A stretch of DNA of 64,000 bases from an uncultured bacterium (GTDB taxonomy: Bacteria; DUMJ01). Shown here piece after piece: positions 52,850 through 62,282 of the stretch. Each line of letters begins with the position of its first letter. Position 1 is the first letter of the stretch. The stretch lies in NCBI GenBank assembly GCA_937958695.1, contig CALGNK010000002.1:585-64584 (forward strand), in the 5' to 3' direction. The position numbers were made by a program, and so were the translations under genes. A model generated the notes under the pieces. That model saw nothing but the letters and a program-made list of their open reading frames with translations, did not search any database and had not been told where the DNA came from.

Positions 52850-53959
52850 TTAAAAAATACTTTGGCTAATAGATTTTATAAACTCTTCTGCTTGATAGCC
52901 AAAGTTATCTTCTTTACTACAGTTATACTTACTTTCTAACACTTCCCCTATTCTATGGCATTCCTCTTTAGCTAGAGATGTGTTTAATTTTCTAGGCTTC
53001 TCTCCTACTATCCTTAAGAAGTTTAACCTGTATATTTTCTCTAATACAGTTTCTGGTAACTTAATGCCCTTTACAATATCTGGCCTTGCTAAGAAATTTT
53101 TATCTGTACGCCCAACAGAAAATTCTTTATCTGTTTCTAAAAAGTCCTTCATAAACTTTATCCTGTTAGTTATAAGTTCTTTTGCTATACCATTTTTCGT
53201 TACAGCAGTATCATCGCCAAATACTATCCTATCCTGATACTTTATAAAAAATTCTCTAGTCTTTTCAGGATATGCAGAAAAGTTGTAATACATCTCAGAA
53301 CCTGGAGTAATATCTAAGTTAACATTAGGGAAATTCTGGAGCAAATTTTCAGCTCTTTCTAAGTTGGCTGATAGAAAGTAAAAATGAGCAAACACAATCT
53401 TTAACTTAGGAAATCTTTCTAATATGTTTTCTACCCTCCTATAAAGCTCTTCTTTTGTTGGGTATGATCCATCTGTATAATCCCATCCTCTTTCTTTAGC
53501 TACAGATGGAATCCTATCCTCATCCCAAAACTCCTCTGGATCTGCTACATGCCAGAAAATAGGCATCTGTAATGATTCTATGTTGGCAAAGAAGGAATTA
53601 TAAACAGGACTGTCTATAGGGAATGGCATTCTTTTAGCATAATTTGGCTTTGTTTCTAAGATTTTAATTCCATCAAACCCTATCTCTTTCAGCTTGATAA
53701 CCTGTTCTCCAAGGATCTTTCCTATGTCTTTATCTGTTTTTCCTTCTATAACTGAATAGTCAAGTCCTCCAGAGATATAAACTTCGTTAGGATACATAGC
53801 TTTGAAGCATATAGCTTGGGGATTACTATTTACCCTATCTAATCTTGCTGGACTAACTATATTTAATCTTGTAATTTCAAGCCCTTCGAAAAACCTTTTG
53901 GTCTCATCTATAAGAGGTATATATTCGAAATGAACGTGGGCATTGATAATCTTATTCAT
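52850..53959 (-). CDS. Amidohydrolase-2 family TIM-barrel metal-dependent hydrolase
   Basis: N-terminal INAHVHF metal-binding His motif; 369 aa. Confidence 0.6.
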   Translation of the reverse strand: MNKIINAHVHFEYIPLIDETKRFFEGLEITRLNIVSPARLDRVNSNPQAICFKAMYPNEVYISGGLDYSVIEGKTDKDIGKILGEQVIKLKEIGFDGIKILETKPNYAKRMPFPIDSPVYNSFFANIESLQMPIFWHVADPEEFWDEDRIPSVAKERGWDYTDGSYPTKEELYRRVENILERFPKLKIVFAHFYFLSANLERAENLLQNFPNVNLDITPGSEMYYNFSAYPEKTREFFIKYQDRIVFGDDTAVTKNGIAKELITNRIKFMKDFLETDKEFSVGRTDKNFLARPDIVKGIKLPETVLEKIYRLNFLRIVGEKPRKLNTSLAKEECHRIGEVLESKYNCSKEDNFGYQAEEFIKSISQSIF

Positions 53960-53974
53960 TGTAATTAACCCTCC

Positions 53975-54979
53975 TCATAATCGTTTCTTCTTTAGTGCAT
54001 CTTCTAATGCCATAATGGCATACTCAGTTGCTTTTATTCCATCTTCTCCACTTGCAAGTTCATCTACCAACTTTCCCTCTTTTATGCTCCTAATAATATC
54101 GTTATACATAGTAATAAATGGTTTTTCCTCTTCCTCTGACTTTTCTACTATTGTCTCGTTTGGCCCATAATACTTAAATTCTACCTCTCTAGGAGCTGGG
54201 CCCATCTGATAACTTATTATTCCTTTTTCACATTCTATATCTATCCTTAAAAGATATGTTCCATCTTTACTGTTGTGAGTATAAACCCAGCTTGCATCTA
54301 TAACAACAAGTGTTCCTGATTTTAATCTGCATAGTGCTACTGCATGGTCTGGGTTTTCATATCCTTCCATAAAGATGCCATCTGCGGTAATGGTATCAAA
54401 TTCGTCTTCAGAAAGCCATCTGACTAAATCGAAATAGTGAACACCACAGTCTACAATTGGTCCCATACCTTCTTTCATTAGTCTTTCATATCTATCTTTA
54501 CCTGCCCATCTCCCTCCAGCCCAGTTATATATAAATCTCATCATCATAGGACGCCCCAACTCTTGTGATCTTATTATATTCTTTATCCTTCTCATATAGG
54601 GCTTCGCCCTATTCTCGAAATTGACAGCAAAAATCTTTCCAGCAGATTTCATAGCATTTACCATCTGCCAGCCCTTTTCTGCATTCTCTGCTAATGGCTT
54701 TTCACAGAAAACATTAATACCTTTTTTAGCGCATTCCATAACCACTTCATAGTGTGCATTTAAAGATGTAGAGACAGTAACTAAGTCTAACTCTACAGAG
54801 TCCAGCATATCTCTGTAATCTGTGAATAGCCCTTTTACCCCAAATCTTTCTCCGTATTCTTTTAACCTCATCTCATTAATATCGGAAAGGGCTATAAGCT
54901 CTAGCTCTTTAATACTTTTTATTGCTGGAAGATGCCCATATCCGGCTACAGTACCACAACCAACAAGCCCTACTTTCAA
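53975..54979 (-). CDS. Gfo/Idh/MocA-family NAD(P)-dependent oxidoreductase
   Basis: N-terminal KVGLVGCGTVA Rossmann and the EKPLA motif. Confidence 0.85.
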   Translation of the reverse strand: MKVGLVGCGTVAGYGHLPAIKSIKELELIALSDINEMRLKEYGERFGVKGLFTDYRDMLDSVELDLVTVSTSLNAHYEVVMECAKKGINVFCEKPLAENAEKGWQMVNAMKSAGKIFAVNFENRAKPYMRRIKNIIRSQELGRPMMMRFIYNWAGGRWAGKDRYERLMKEGMGPIVDCGVHYFDLVRWLSEDEFDTITADGIFMEGYENPDHAVALCRLKSGTLVVIDASWVYTHNSKDGTYLLRIDIECEKGIISYQMGPAPREVEFKYYGPNETIVEKSEEEEKPFITMYNDIIRSIKEGKLVDELASGEDGIKATEYAIMALEDALKKKRL

Positions 54980-55111
54980 GATTCTCTCTCCTTTCTAATA
55001 AAGTTTGTACCTGGAAGAGATTCTATAACAATATTGAGGATATTGTCAATTTATATAGTGTTAAGAAGATTTTAGTGATATAATATTCACAAAAATTATG
55101 GAGGTGGAATT

Positions 55112-55564
55112 ATGTCATACCCCTATAAGATCTTTATTTTAGTTGCCTTAGTAGTATTTCTAATCCCTGCTTCGGCCTTAGCCAGAGAAAGGTTTAGAGT
55201 AAATGTTAGGGCAGACTTAGAAGATGAGAATGTAGGAGCAGAGTTTGAGTATAATCTTAGTTACAGACTTTGTGTTTATGGAGGAATTACTCTTAGTATA
55301 GGAACTATTGATAGGGGAAGGATATCAGCTGGTTTTAAGTATTATCTTTGGGAACCGGATGAGAAACTGTACTTTAAGATACGTGGTATAACCAATTTTG
55401 AAGACTCAACTATTACAAGGTTTAAAGTAGATATAGGTATAGGTTATACTACATATCTTAATCATACAAGAAGTTCTATAGAATTGGGAGTTTTAATAGG
55501 TACTTATAACAATGCACTAAATATTGAGCCATCGTTTGGGGTATTGGTATCAGTAAGTAGATAA
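55112..55564 (+). CDS. Small secreted beta-rich protein (possible small outer-membrane beta-barrel), hypothetical
   Basis: Signal peptide ending ASALA; alternating hydrophobic pattern; 150 aa. Confidence 0.5.
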   Translation: MSYPYKIFILVALVVFLIPASALARERFRVNVRADLEDENVGAEFEYNLSYRLCVYGGITLSIGTIDRGRISAGFKYYLWEPDEKLYFKIRGITNFEDSTITRFKVDIGIGYTTYLNHTRSSIELGVLIGTYNNALNIEPSFGVLVSVSR

Positions 55565-55566
55565 GG

Positions 55567-56643
55567 CTAACCAGAGCGATTTAATAGGTTTTGATAGACC
55601 TCTTTAGTTTTTATAATCATACCTTCTAAGGTGAATCTTTCTCTATATCTTCTATATCCTTCTTCTTTTAAGTATTCTATTAACTTCTTATCACTTAATA
55701 GTTTCTCTATAGCCTGAGCAAGCGCTAAGGAATCTTGAGGAGGTACTAGAAGTCCGGCTTTACCATTTTCTATAATTTCTGGAATGCCTCCTACATTTGT
55801 AGCTATAACCGGAACTTTCTGAGATATCGCCTCTAAAATTGATATTGGTAATGCTTCAATAAGCGAAGGTAAAACAAATATATGAAAGTTACTAAAATAG
55901 AGTTTTGCATTAGGAAGAGCTCCTAAGAAAAAGACTCTATCCTCTATATTTAGTCTCTTAGTTAATTCTTCTAAAATATTTCTCTCTTCACCATCTCCTA
56001 TTATTACAAGATTTACTTCCCTATGTTTATTATACAAATAGCTGAAAGCTTCTATAAGATATCTGACCCCCTTAGATTTAGTAAGTCTTACTGCTGTTCC
56101 TATAATAACTCCTTCTATATTTATTGGAAGTTCTCTTCTCTCTTTACTCTCAGATACCCCATTGTAGATAAGTGTGATCTTATCTACAGGTAATCCAGCT
56201 TTGATAAGCTTTTCTCTATCATAGTTTGAGACTGCTATAACACTATCTCCCCATTTCCTATTTATAAGAGTAGCTATCTTATAGTCGATGAATGGAAGAA
56301 AAGTGTTATATCCATGACAGGTAAATATTACTGGTATACTAGAAGCTACGCTTTTAGATATATAGACTAGTTCATGCGCTCCATGAACATGGATTATACT
56401 AGGACTGAATTCTTCTATTATGTATTTCAATTCCCTTTTGTAATTTTTAGTATTTGTGAATGTAAGCGGTATAATTTCTCTATATGTAATATTACCTTCT
56501 TTTAGAAGGGTAATGCCTTTCCCGTACGGTGCAACAACCAATATTTTATACTCATCCTTAAAAGATTTGACTAGTTCTATCACATGGACTTCTGTCCCTG
56601 CAATCTCAAAGTAAGGCAAAAGATATAAAATCTTATGTTTCAT
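55567..56643 (-). CDS. Glycosyltransferase family 4, last gene of the EPS operon
   Basis: Its N-terminus is very similar to the 33743..34807 GT4 (KILYxLP...GTEVHxxELxK). It starts 8 nt downstream of the BcsB-like stop. Confidence 0.75.
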   Translation of the reverse strand: MKHKILYLLPYFEIAGTEVHVIELVKSFKDEYKILVVAPYGKGITLLKEGNITYREIIPLTFTNTKNYKRELKYIIEEFSPSIIHVHGAHELVYISKSVASSIPVIFTCHGYNTFLPFIDYKIATLINRKWGDSVIAVSNYDREKLIKAGLPVDKITLIYNGVSESKERRELPINIEGVIIGTAVRLTKSKGVRYLIEAFSYLYNKHREVNLVIIGDGEERNILEELTKRLNIEDRVFFLGALPNAKLYFSNFHIFVLPSLIEALPISILEAISQKVPVIATNVGGIPEIIENGKAGLLVPPQDSLALAQAIEKLLSDKKLIEYLKEEGYRRYRERFTLEGMIIKTKEVYQNLLNRSG

Positions 56644-56651
56644 AGATTAAT

Positions 56652-58670
56652 TTAAGAGCCTCTCTGTCTCTTCCTAATAAATATAATAGTAACAAGGGTA
56701 ATTAAGACCGCTATCAATAACACTATGAGATAACTTAATAGTGGTTGCCTAGCAAATATGGTGAATAATGCCCTCTTTTCTCTTATAAGGATACTTGAGA
56801 CAATCTCTCCTAAGCCAGTTATAACACTGACTTGTCCATAGATTTTATTTCGGGTATCCGAATTCCCTACAATTCTCTTTAATCTAGATAATGTATCTTG
56901 GTCTTTATAGATGACTGAATACATAGCCTTGTCTTTATTCCAAGGAGAAGAATTTGCTTGTAAGAGTGCCTTAATGATAAATCCATCGAGAGAAAATCCT
57001 AAGTCTTTTTTTATAGAGAATCCAATCTCTTGGGGGACTACCCATAGTATATCAGAGATTCTCTTTAGCCTTTTGTCCTCCATATCTCCTATAAATATCA
57101 CATTCTTATCTTTTAGATAATCTTCATCTATCTTTTCCCCTAAGAATGTCTTCCATCTAAATATCTTTCCCAGCGTCTGTCCTAAGGTGGCAGATAAGGT
57201 AACAGACAGTGAAAGCTCTTCTTCAGATGGGCTTTCGGGGAGCCATAGAACGATCTCTCTATCAGTCTTGAAACTCCAGATGTCTCTAAGGTCGGGATAA
57301 AATCCTCGCCATTCTTTTACTAGATATATGAAAGAATCTCCTTCAATCTTAGTCCAAGCTATTTCATCATACCTCTTATTACAGTCCACCTCTATCAGAT
57401 TATGATATGTTTTTATCTCTACAAACCATTCTCTCTTATCAAGCTCTTCTTTTGGAAATGGAATTCTTAAAACTCCTCTTTCAGCATTCCCTGCATCCAA
57501 TCTTTCACTCTTTACCGGAATCCCATTTATGTAAACAGTTATCGAAGATTTTTTGGTTTCTAAAACCTTGGAGTGGCTAAATTGAAGCTCTATAAATGAA
57601 CCGTTTCCTATCCCTTCAAAACCTGCCGGTAACCTTAGGAGAAAAGACGCGTTCTGATGAAATACACCTGAAAGAACTATATTTTTGTAGCCAAGGTCTT
57701 TTAGCCTTATCAAGCCTTCTTTTCCTATCTCTTCTCCCTCTTTAGCTGGGATTGAAGTTACAATTATTGGATTCTTCTCCGTAATAGATGTCTGCAATGG
57801 ATCATTAATATAAGAAACAGCCTTTGATAAACCTTCTCTTTTGCCTGATATATATAATTGTACTCTATCTTTTGAGGAAAGAAGATATATTAGTCCATCA
57901 CTTTCTTTTAGATTTTTAAATGCACTGTCTGAAGATAGTACATTCCATCTTGATAACTCTCCTACAAGAATCTGTGACTCTTTACTATATCTATAGGGAT
58001 CTTCTGTAGAAACCTTTAGATAGAGATTCTTGTATCTTTCTCTAATACCTAAACCATTTGCTACCTCTAACATAGCTTCTAACTCTTCTGGGGAAAAGTT
58101 TTTAGGGAGATAAAATGTAAAATTGATCGGCTCTTTATCAAGATAATCCAAAAATGGATAGGGATAATCAGAAATTTTATAAATTTTATTTTCTAGAATC
58201 TCTAGGTGTAGAAACGAATCTTTATGTATTAGCACCCAGTTGGCATCGTTATCTATATCCTTACATAGACCTTCTACACTCCTATGTCTAGTAATTATAG
58301 AGATCTCATTGAACCCTTTCTTAATTAATCCTTTAGGGATACTTATTCTCCAGTATACAGGTCTCTTTTCTTTCTGACTTATGCTTTTACTGCTTAAAGG
58401 CCTCCCATTGATTGATGCAGTTATAAAAGATTCTCTATCTATAATGGTGGGAGAAAACGAGTATCTGATTTCTAAGAAATTATTATCCCCAGGTTGAATT
58501 CCCGACTTTATCTCAAACCAAAAGACCGCTTTGCCAATGGGTAGATTTAAAAGCCTATCGTCTTTAAATAACTGTATATTGTAACCTCTAGTTTCTAAAG
58601 AACAGTAAGAAACATTGGGAATTAGGTGAAATATAAAGATAAACATTAACAAAAGAATTCTTCTTTTCAT
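56652..58670 (-). CDS. BcsB-like (YdaN-like) exopolysaccharide synthase periplasmic subunit
   Basis: 672 aa with a signal peptide, a large extracytoplasmic domain and a single C-terminal TM anchor. 1-nt overlap with the GT2. The assignment is by architecture and synteny. Confidence 0.55.
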   Translation of the reverse strand: MKRRILLLMFIFIFHLIPNVSYCSLETRGYNIQLFKDDRLLNLPIGKAVFWFEIKSGIQPGDNNFLEIRYSFSPTIIDRESFITASINGRPLSSKSISQKEKRPVYWRISIPKGLIKKGFNEISIITRHRSVEGLCKDIDNDANWVLIHKDSFLHLEILENKIYKISDYPYPFLDYLDKEPINFTFYLPKNFSPEELEAMLEVANGLGIRERYKNLYLKVSTEDPYRYSKESQILVGELSRWNVLSSDSAFKNLKESDGLIYLLSSKDRVQLYISGKREGLSKAVSYINDPLQTSITEKNPIIVTSIPAKEGEEIGKEGLIRLKDLGYKNIVLSGVFHQNASFLLRLPAGFEGIGNGSFIELQFSHSKVLETKKSSITVYINGIPVKSERLDAGNAERGVLRIPFPKEELDKREWFVEIKTYHNLIEVDCNKRYDEIAWTKIEGDSFIYLVKEWRGFYPDLRDIWSFKTDREIVLWLPESPSEEELSLSVTLSATLGQTLGKIFRWKTFLGEKIDEDYLKDKNVIFIGDMEDKRLKRISDILWVVPQEIGFSIKKDLGFSLDGFIIKALLQANSSPWNKDKAMYSVIYKDQDTLSRLKRIVGNSDTRNKIYGQVSVITGLGEIVSSILIREKRALFTIFARQPLLSYLIVLLIAVLITLVTIIFIRKRQRGS

Positions 58671-59932
58671 TACGAAACACTCCTTTCCGTTTTATACCAT
58701 CTTAATGCTTTACCTGTAATCTTTTCTCTAATAGAGAAATATATCGCTCTTATAACAACTATAAGCCAAAGCTGGCAGTATGTAAAATACATTAAACATA
58801 TCAATAAAAGGTTTTCTAAATTACCTTCGCCTCTTTCAAAACTTAGAGATATAAATGTCTCTGTGATATAAAGGGCATAAGCTAAGAACCATATGAGAAA
58901 TAGTGGGCCTCCAATGTTTAGTTTTATTATGCGTAGTAAGCCCAGAATAAATATTACATCTGACACAACTATACCAGAAAAAGCCAGTAGATATATATAG
59001 GCGAAATAGAGTATATCAAACATAATCTTTTTATCTCTTAACGAGAAGAAATTTTTAAGATATGTAAATATTACTGCAAGATTCCCCCTTGCCCATCTTG
59101 TCCTTTGCTTGAACCAAACCTTAAGTTTTTCTGGTTCTTGTTCCCATGTTACTGCGTATGGTATCCAGAGTATCCTATAGCCAGATTGGTATATCCTTAT
59201 TGTAAGTTCTGTATCCTCTGTAAGGCTCTTAGTTTTCCAGCCGCCAATCTTGTTCAGAAGCTCCTTTCTTATGATAAAATTAGTACCTGGTATTGTAGCA
59301 AGACCCCACAAGTAATTTCTAGCTGCCTGGACAAGCCACTGAAAACTCAGGGTCTCTATATTTATAAAACGAGTAAGTATACTTCTATCCCTATTCCTAG
59401 TCCTAAACTTTCCTACTACTGCCCCAAGGTTGGGATTATTGATTATAAATCTTACAAGATTTAATATTGCTCTCCTTTCAGGGGTATTATCAGCATCATA
59501 GACTACTATGTAATCCCCACTAGCTAACTTTAATCCCTGATTCAGTGCGTTAGCCTTGCCTTTAGCACCTAAGGGTGGTTGTATCTCTAATATCATAAGG
59601 TTTTTGTACTTTTTAGCCCTCTCTCTTAAAATTTCTCCTGTTCTATCTGTAGAACTATCATTGATAACGATGACCTCTAATTTATCTTTAGGGTAAATAG
59701 ATCTCATTATTGCATCTACAGTATTACCAATCACCTTTTCCTCATTGTGAGCTGGGATTAATACTGTTATCTTTGGATATTCTGAGAGTTCCTCTGAGGT
59801 TATCTCAAATTTTTGTGTCTCTAAAAAGTATCTATACCCAAAGAACGTTAAAAAGATATGATACAGTAGAATAAACCAGACGATTGCCATAGATATAACA
59901 AAGGCATAGTCCCAGAATGTTAATATATTCAT
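58670..59932 (-). CDS. Processive family-2 glycosyltransferase (YdaM/PgaC/BcsA-catalytic-core-like) with no PilZ domain
   Basis: QRTRW (QxxRW) at nt 59093-59107, DAD and DSSTD motifs, 2 N-terminal and about 3 C-terminal TM; 420 aa. Confidence 0.8.
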   Translation of the reverse strand: MNILTFWDYAFVISMAIVWFILLYHIFLTFFGYRYFLETQKFEITSEELSEYPKITVLIPAHNEEKVIGNTVDAIMRSIYPKDKLEVIVINDSSTDRTGEILRERAKKYKNLMILEIQPPLGAKGKANALNQGLKLASGDYIVVYDADNTPERRAILNLVRFIINNPNLGAVVGKFRTRNRDRSILTRFINIETLSFQWLVQAARNYLWGLATIPGTNFIIRKELLNKIGGWKTKSLTEDTELTIRIYQSGYRILWIPYAVTWEQEPEKLKVWFKQRTRWARGNLAVIFTYLKNFFSLRDKKIMFDILYFAYIYLLAFSGIVVSDVIFILGLLRIIKLNIGGPLFLIWFLAYALYITETFISLSFERGEGNLENLLLICLMYFTYCQLWLIVVIRAIYFSIREKITGKALRWYKTERSVS

Positions 59933-61407
59933 ACTTTATCACCCATCTCGTATAGTTTTCTCTTATTTCTTATCAGATAGAAAATAATTATGGCAAAGAT
60001 ACTGATTGTAATTATTAATATGGTTCTCAGATAATTAATGAACGTCTTAAAGACTTTTTGCAAAAATGTCTCCTCCAGAGGAGGAATACTACTATTGATT
60101 ACCTTTTCCCCATCGATATTTACAATTTTCATATATTTGCTTTCTACTTTGAAAGGTTCTTTTCTTAGTTCTAAGAAGTTGTACCCTAACGCACGCATCT
60201 CACCTATCAATTCTCTTAGTTTATCTGTTGTAGCGTAAGATGGAACCGTAATACCTATAATAGCATCTCTTAAAATTCTAAATTCCCTTGCCCTTTTCAA
60301 TAGATAGTTATATTGTGTAGGATCATTAGGATTATATCCATTCATATTTATCGGATATGCTATAGCTTTTGGGGAGCTGATGCTTAAAAGCCCCTCGTAT
60401 AGGAGAAGATTGAAAATTTTACTTGCCTTTTCGTAAGTTTCAAGTGAAGTATCGGGCAACTTAAACGCTATGGGAAATATCTCTAATCTCCCTAATATTA
60501 GTAAGTCCTCTTCTATTATACTATTAATGTCTCTCTTATTAGGATAATTCCCCAATATAATAGCTCCGTTATGTTCTTCTACAAGTTTTAATACCTCTAT
60601 AAGGTCCATATTTTCTCCCAAGTAGTAAGTATTCCCAGAATGATTTACTTTAGGGTATATTATAAGATTAATAGAGACATCTTCACAGCAGTAAGATATT
60701 AATAATTCTCTAAGTTTTTCAGCAGAGGTTAAAGGGGTTACCTCATCTAGCAAGAGTAAAATTTTTCTATCATTTTTGTGATTCTCATTAAGTATATCAT
60801 GGAGAAGATCGAAGAATACCAAAAATGAGTTATCCCTAAAGTCTAATCTTCCAAAATACCAAAGATTCTCCTTTTCCCAGACAAAGGGGGTCTTTTCAGT
60901 ATAATTATCTAAAAGGGCAAGATCTTTCCTATCTCTAGGATAGGCAATATAGACTGGAGATTCTAGTTCAAAGCTTATCGATTCTCCTTTATAGAAGATA
61001 GACATATATCCAGTTTTATAACCATAATATTCAAGATCTTTCCAGTTAGCATAGTAAGCATACTGTTCTATATTTCCTTCTATCCATATAAGCCTTTTAG
61101 CTTTAGAGATATTTCTTAACAAATCTACAGTAAATCTTCTATCTTGTAGCCCAAGATAGAAGACATAGTCGTAAGAAGAAACATTACTAGGGAGATCTTC
61201 TATATAGCTACTATCTATAGATACATTAAAGTGTCTTAGGTACCTTTTTAGCAATTCTAACATAGGATAATTTTCACCTAATCTTGTCTTACCCTCATAC
61301 AATATAAGAATACGTTTACTTTCTTTAGAGTAAAGGATTTTGGGAAATATAAAGTTTAATAAAGTTAAGATAATAAGACTTATTAGTAAGATCTTACCCA
61401 ACATCAT
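59929..61407 (-). CDS. YdaL-like bitopic protein of unknown function (possibly a DUF2334 deacetylase-like fold)
   Basis: N-terminal and C-terminal TM helices with a 430-aa extracytoplasmic domain; 492 aa. The position matches ydaL. Confidence 0.5.
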   Translation of the reverse strand: MMLGKILLISLIILTLLNFIFPKILYSKESKRILILYEGKTRLGENYPMLELLKRYLRHFNVSIDSSYIEDLPSNVSSYDYVFYLGLQDRRFTVDLLRNISKAKRLIWIEGNIEQYAYYANWKDLEYYGYKTGYMSIFYKGESISFELESPVYIAYPRDRKDLALLDNYTEKTPFVWEKENLWYFGRLDFRDNSFLVFFDLLHDILNENHKNDRKILLLLDEVTPLTSAEKLRELLISYCCEDVSINLIIYPKVNHSGNTYYLGENMDLIEVLKLVEEHNGAIILGNYPNKRDINSIIEEDLLILGRLEIFPIAFKLPDTSLETYEKASKIFNLLLYEGLLSISSPKAIAYPINMNGYNPNDPTQYNYLLKRAREFRILRDAIIGITVPSYATTDKLRELIGEMRALGYNFLELRKEPFKVESKYMKIVNIDGEKVINSSIPPLEETFLQKVFKTFINYLRTILIITISIFAIIIFYLIRNKRKLYEMGDKV

Positions 61408-62248
61408 ATCTACTAGTATCTTTTGCCCTCTCCCAAAGGACTAATGCATCTTCTCCCTGTTGATATTCTGCCTCTCCTACTTTTAGTCTTATAGAGATCG
61501 ACCTCTTACGACCCTTAACCTCTACAACAATTCTATCTAAGAGATTATGGAGTTTTTCTTTTACGATCTTAGCTGAATCTAGATTTATACCAGGTAATAT
61601 TATGCCTATAGTTGCCTCATCTATTAGCCCCTTTATATCAACGACCCTTGTATTAGTCATTATCGTTTGTGCTATGGTTTTTACTATCTCTCTATAGCCA
61701 TCCTCTCCATAGACACCCCTTAACTCACTTGCGTCAGAAACATTTACATATAGAACAGATAATTTCTCTTTAAACCTGTTAGCCCTACCTACTTCTTCTT
61801 CCAATCTCTGAAAAAAGCCCTGAGTATTTAAGAAACCTGTCAACTCGTCTAGAAGTATTAATCTTTCCGCTATTCTATACTTTTCTATGTTACTTAGGAG
61901 ATTACTTACCTCTCTTTCTAATCTTCCAGAAAGATAAGCTCCAAAGGGCATAGCAAAAAGCCAAAGTACATATTCAATTCTAAATTCTGTTATAGTACCC
62001 AATACTAAGACAGAGTATAGTAGATAGGATCCATATACAAATATAATGATAAGAGAAGTAATTAAGCCGGGGATTAGACCTAAGTTATAACCTATTACCA
62101 TATTTATTACTAATGCCCCAGCTAGTATGTAGTTTATGAAGTTTACATTTTGACTTGTACCAAAGACTAGAATAAATATACAGAGCCAGAAAATCATTAA
62201 TAGATCAAAGATCACAACATCTAGTCTTAGATTTATACTTGTCTTCAT
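61394..62248 (-). CDS. YdaK-like membrane protein with a degenerate GGDEF domain retaining an RxxD I-site (putative c-di-GMP receptor)
   Basis: 4 TM, then DELTGFLN, the start of a GGDEF domain. The GG(D/E)EF position reads LIDEAT, while RVVD is preserved five residues upstream. Confidence 0.65.
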   Translation of the reverse strand: MKTSINLRLDVVIFDLLMIFWLCIFILVFGTSQNVNFINYILAGALVINMVIGYNLGLIPGLITSLIIIFVYGSYLLYSVLVLGTITEFRIEYVLWLFAMPFGAYLSGRLEREVSNLLSNIEKYRIAERLILLDELTGFLNTQGFFQRLEEEVGRANRFKEKLSVLYVNVSDASELRGVYGEDGYREIVKTIAQTIMTNTRVVDIKGLIDEATIGIILPGINLDSAKIVKEKLHNLLDRIVVEVKGRKRSISIRLKVGEAEYQQGEDALVLWERAKDTSRYDVG

Positions 62249-62282
62249 ACATATCCTCCCTCGAATAACGATTATTTTTTAA

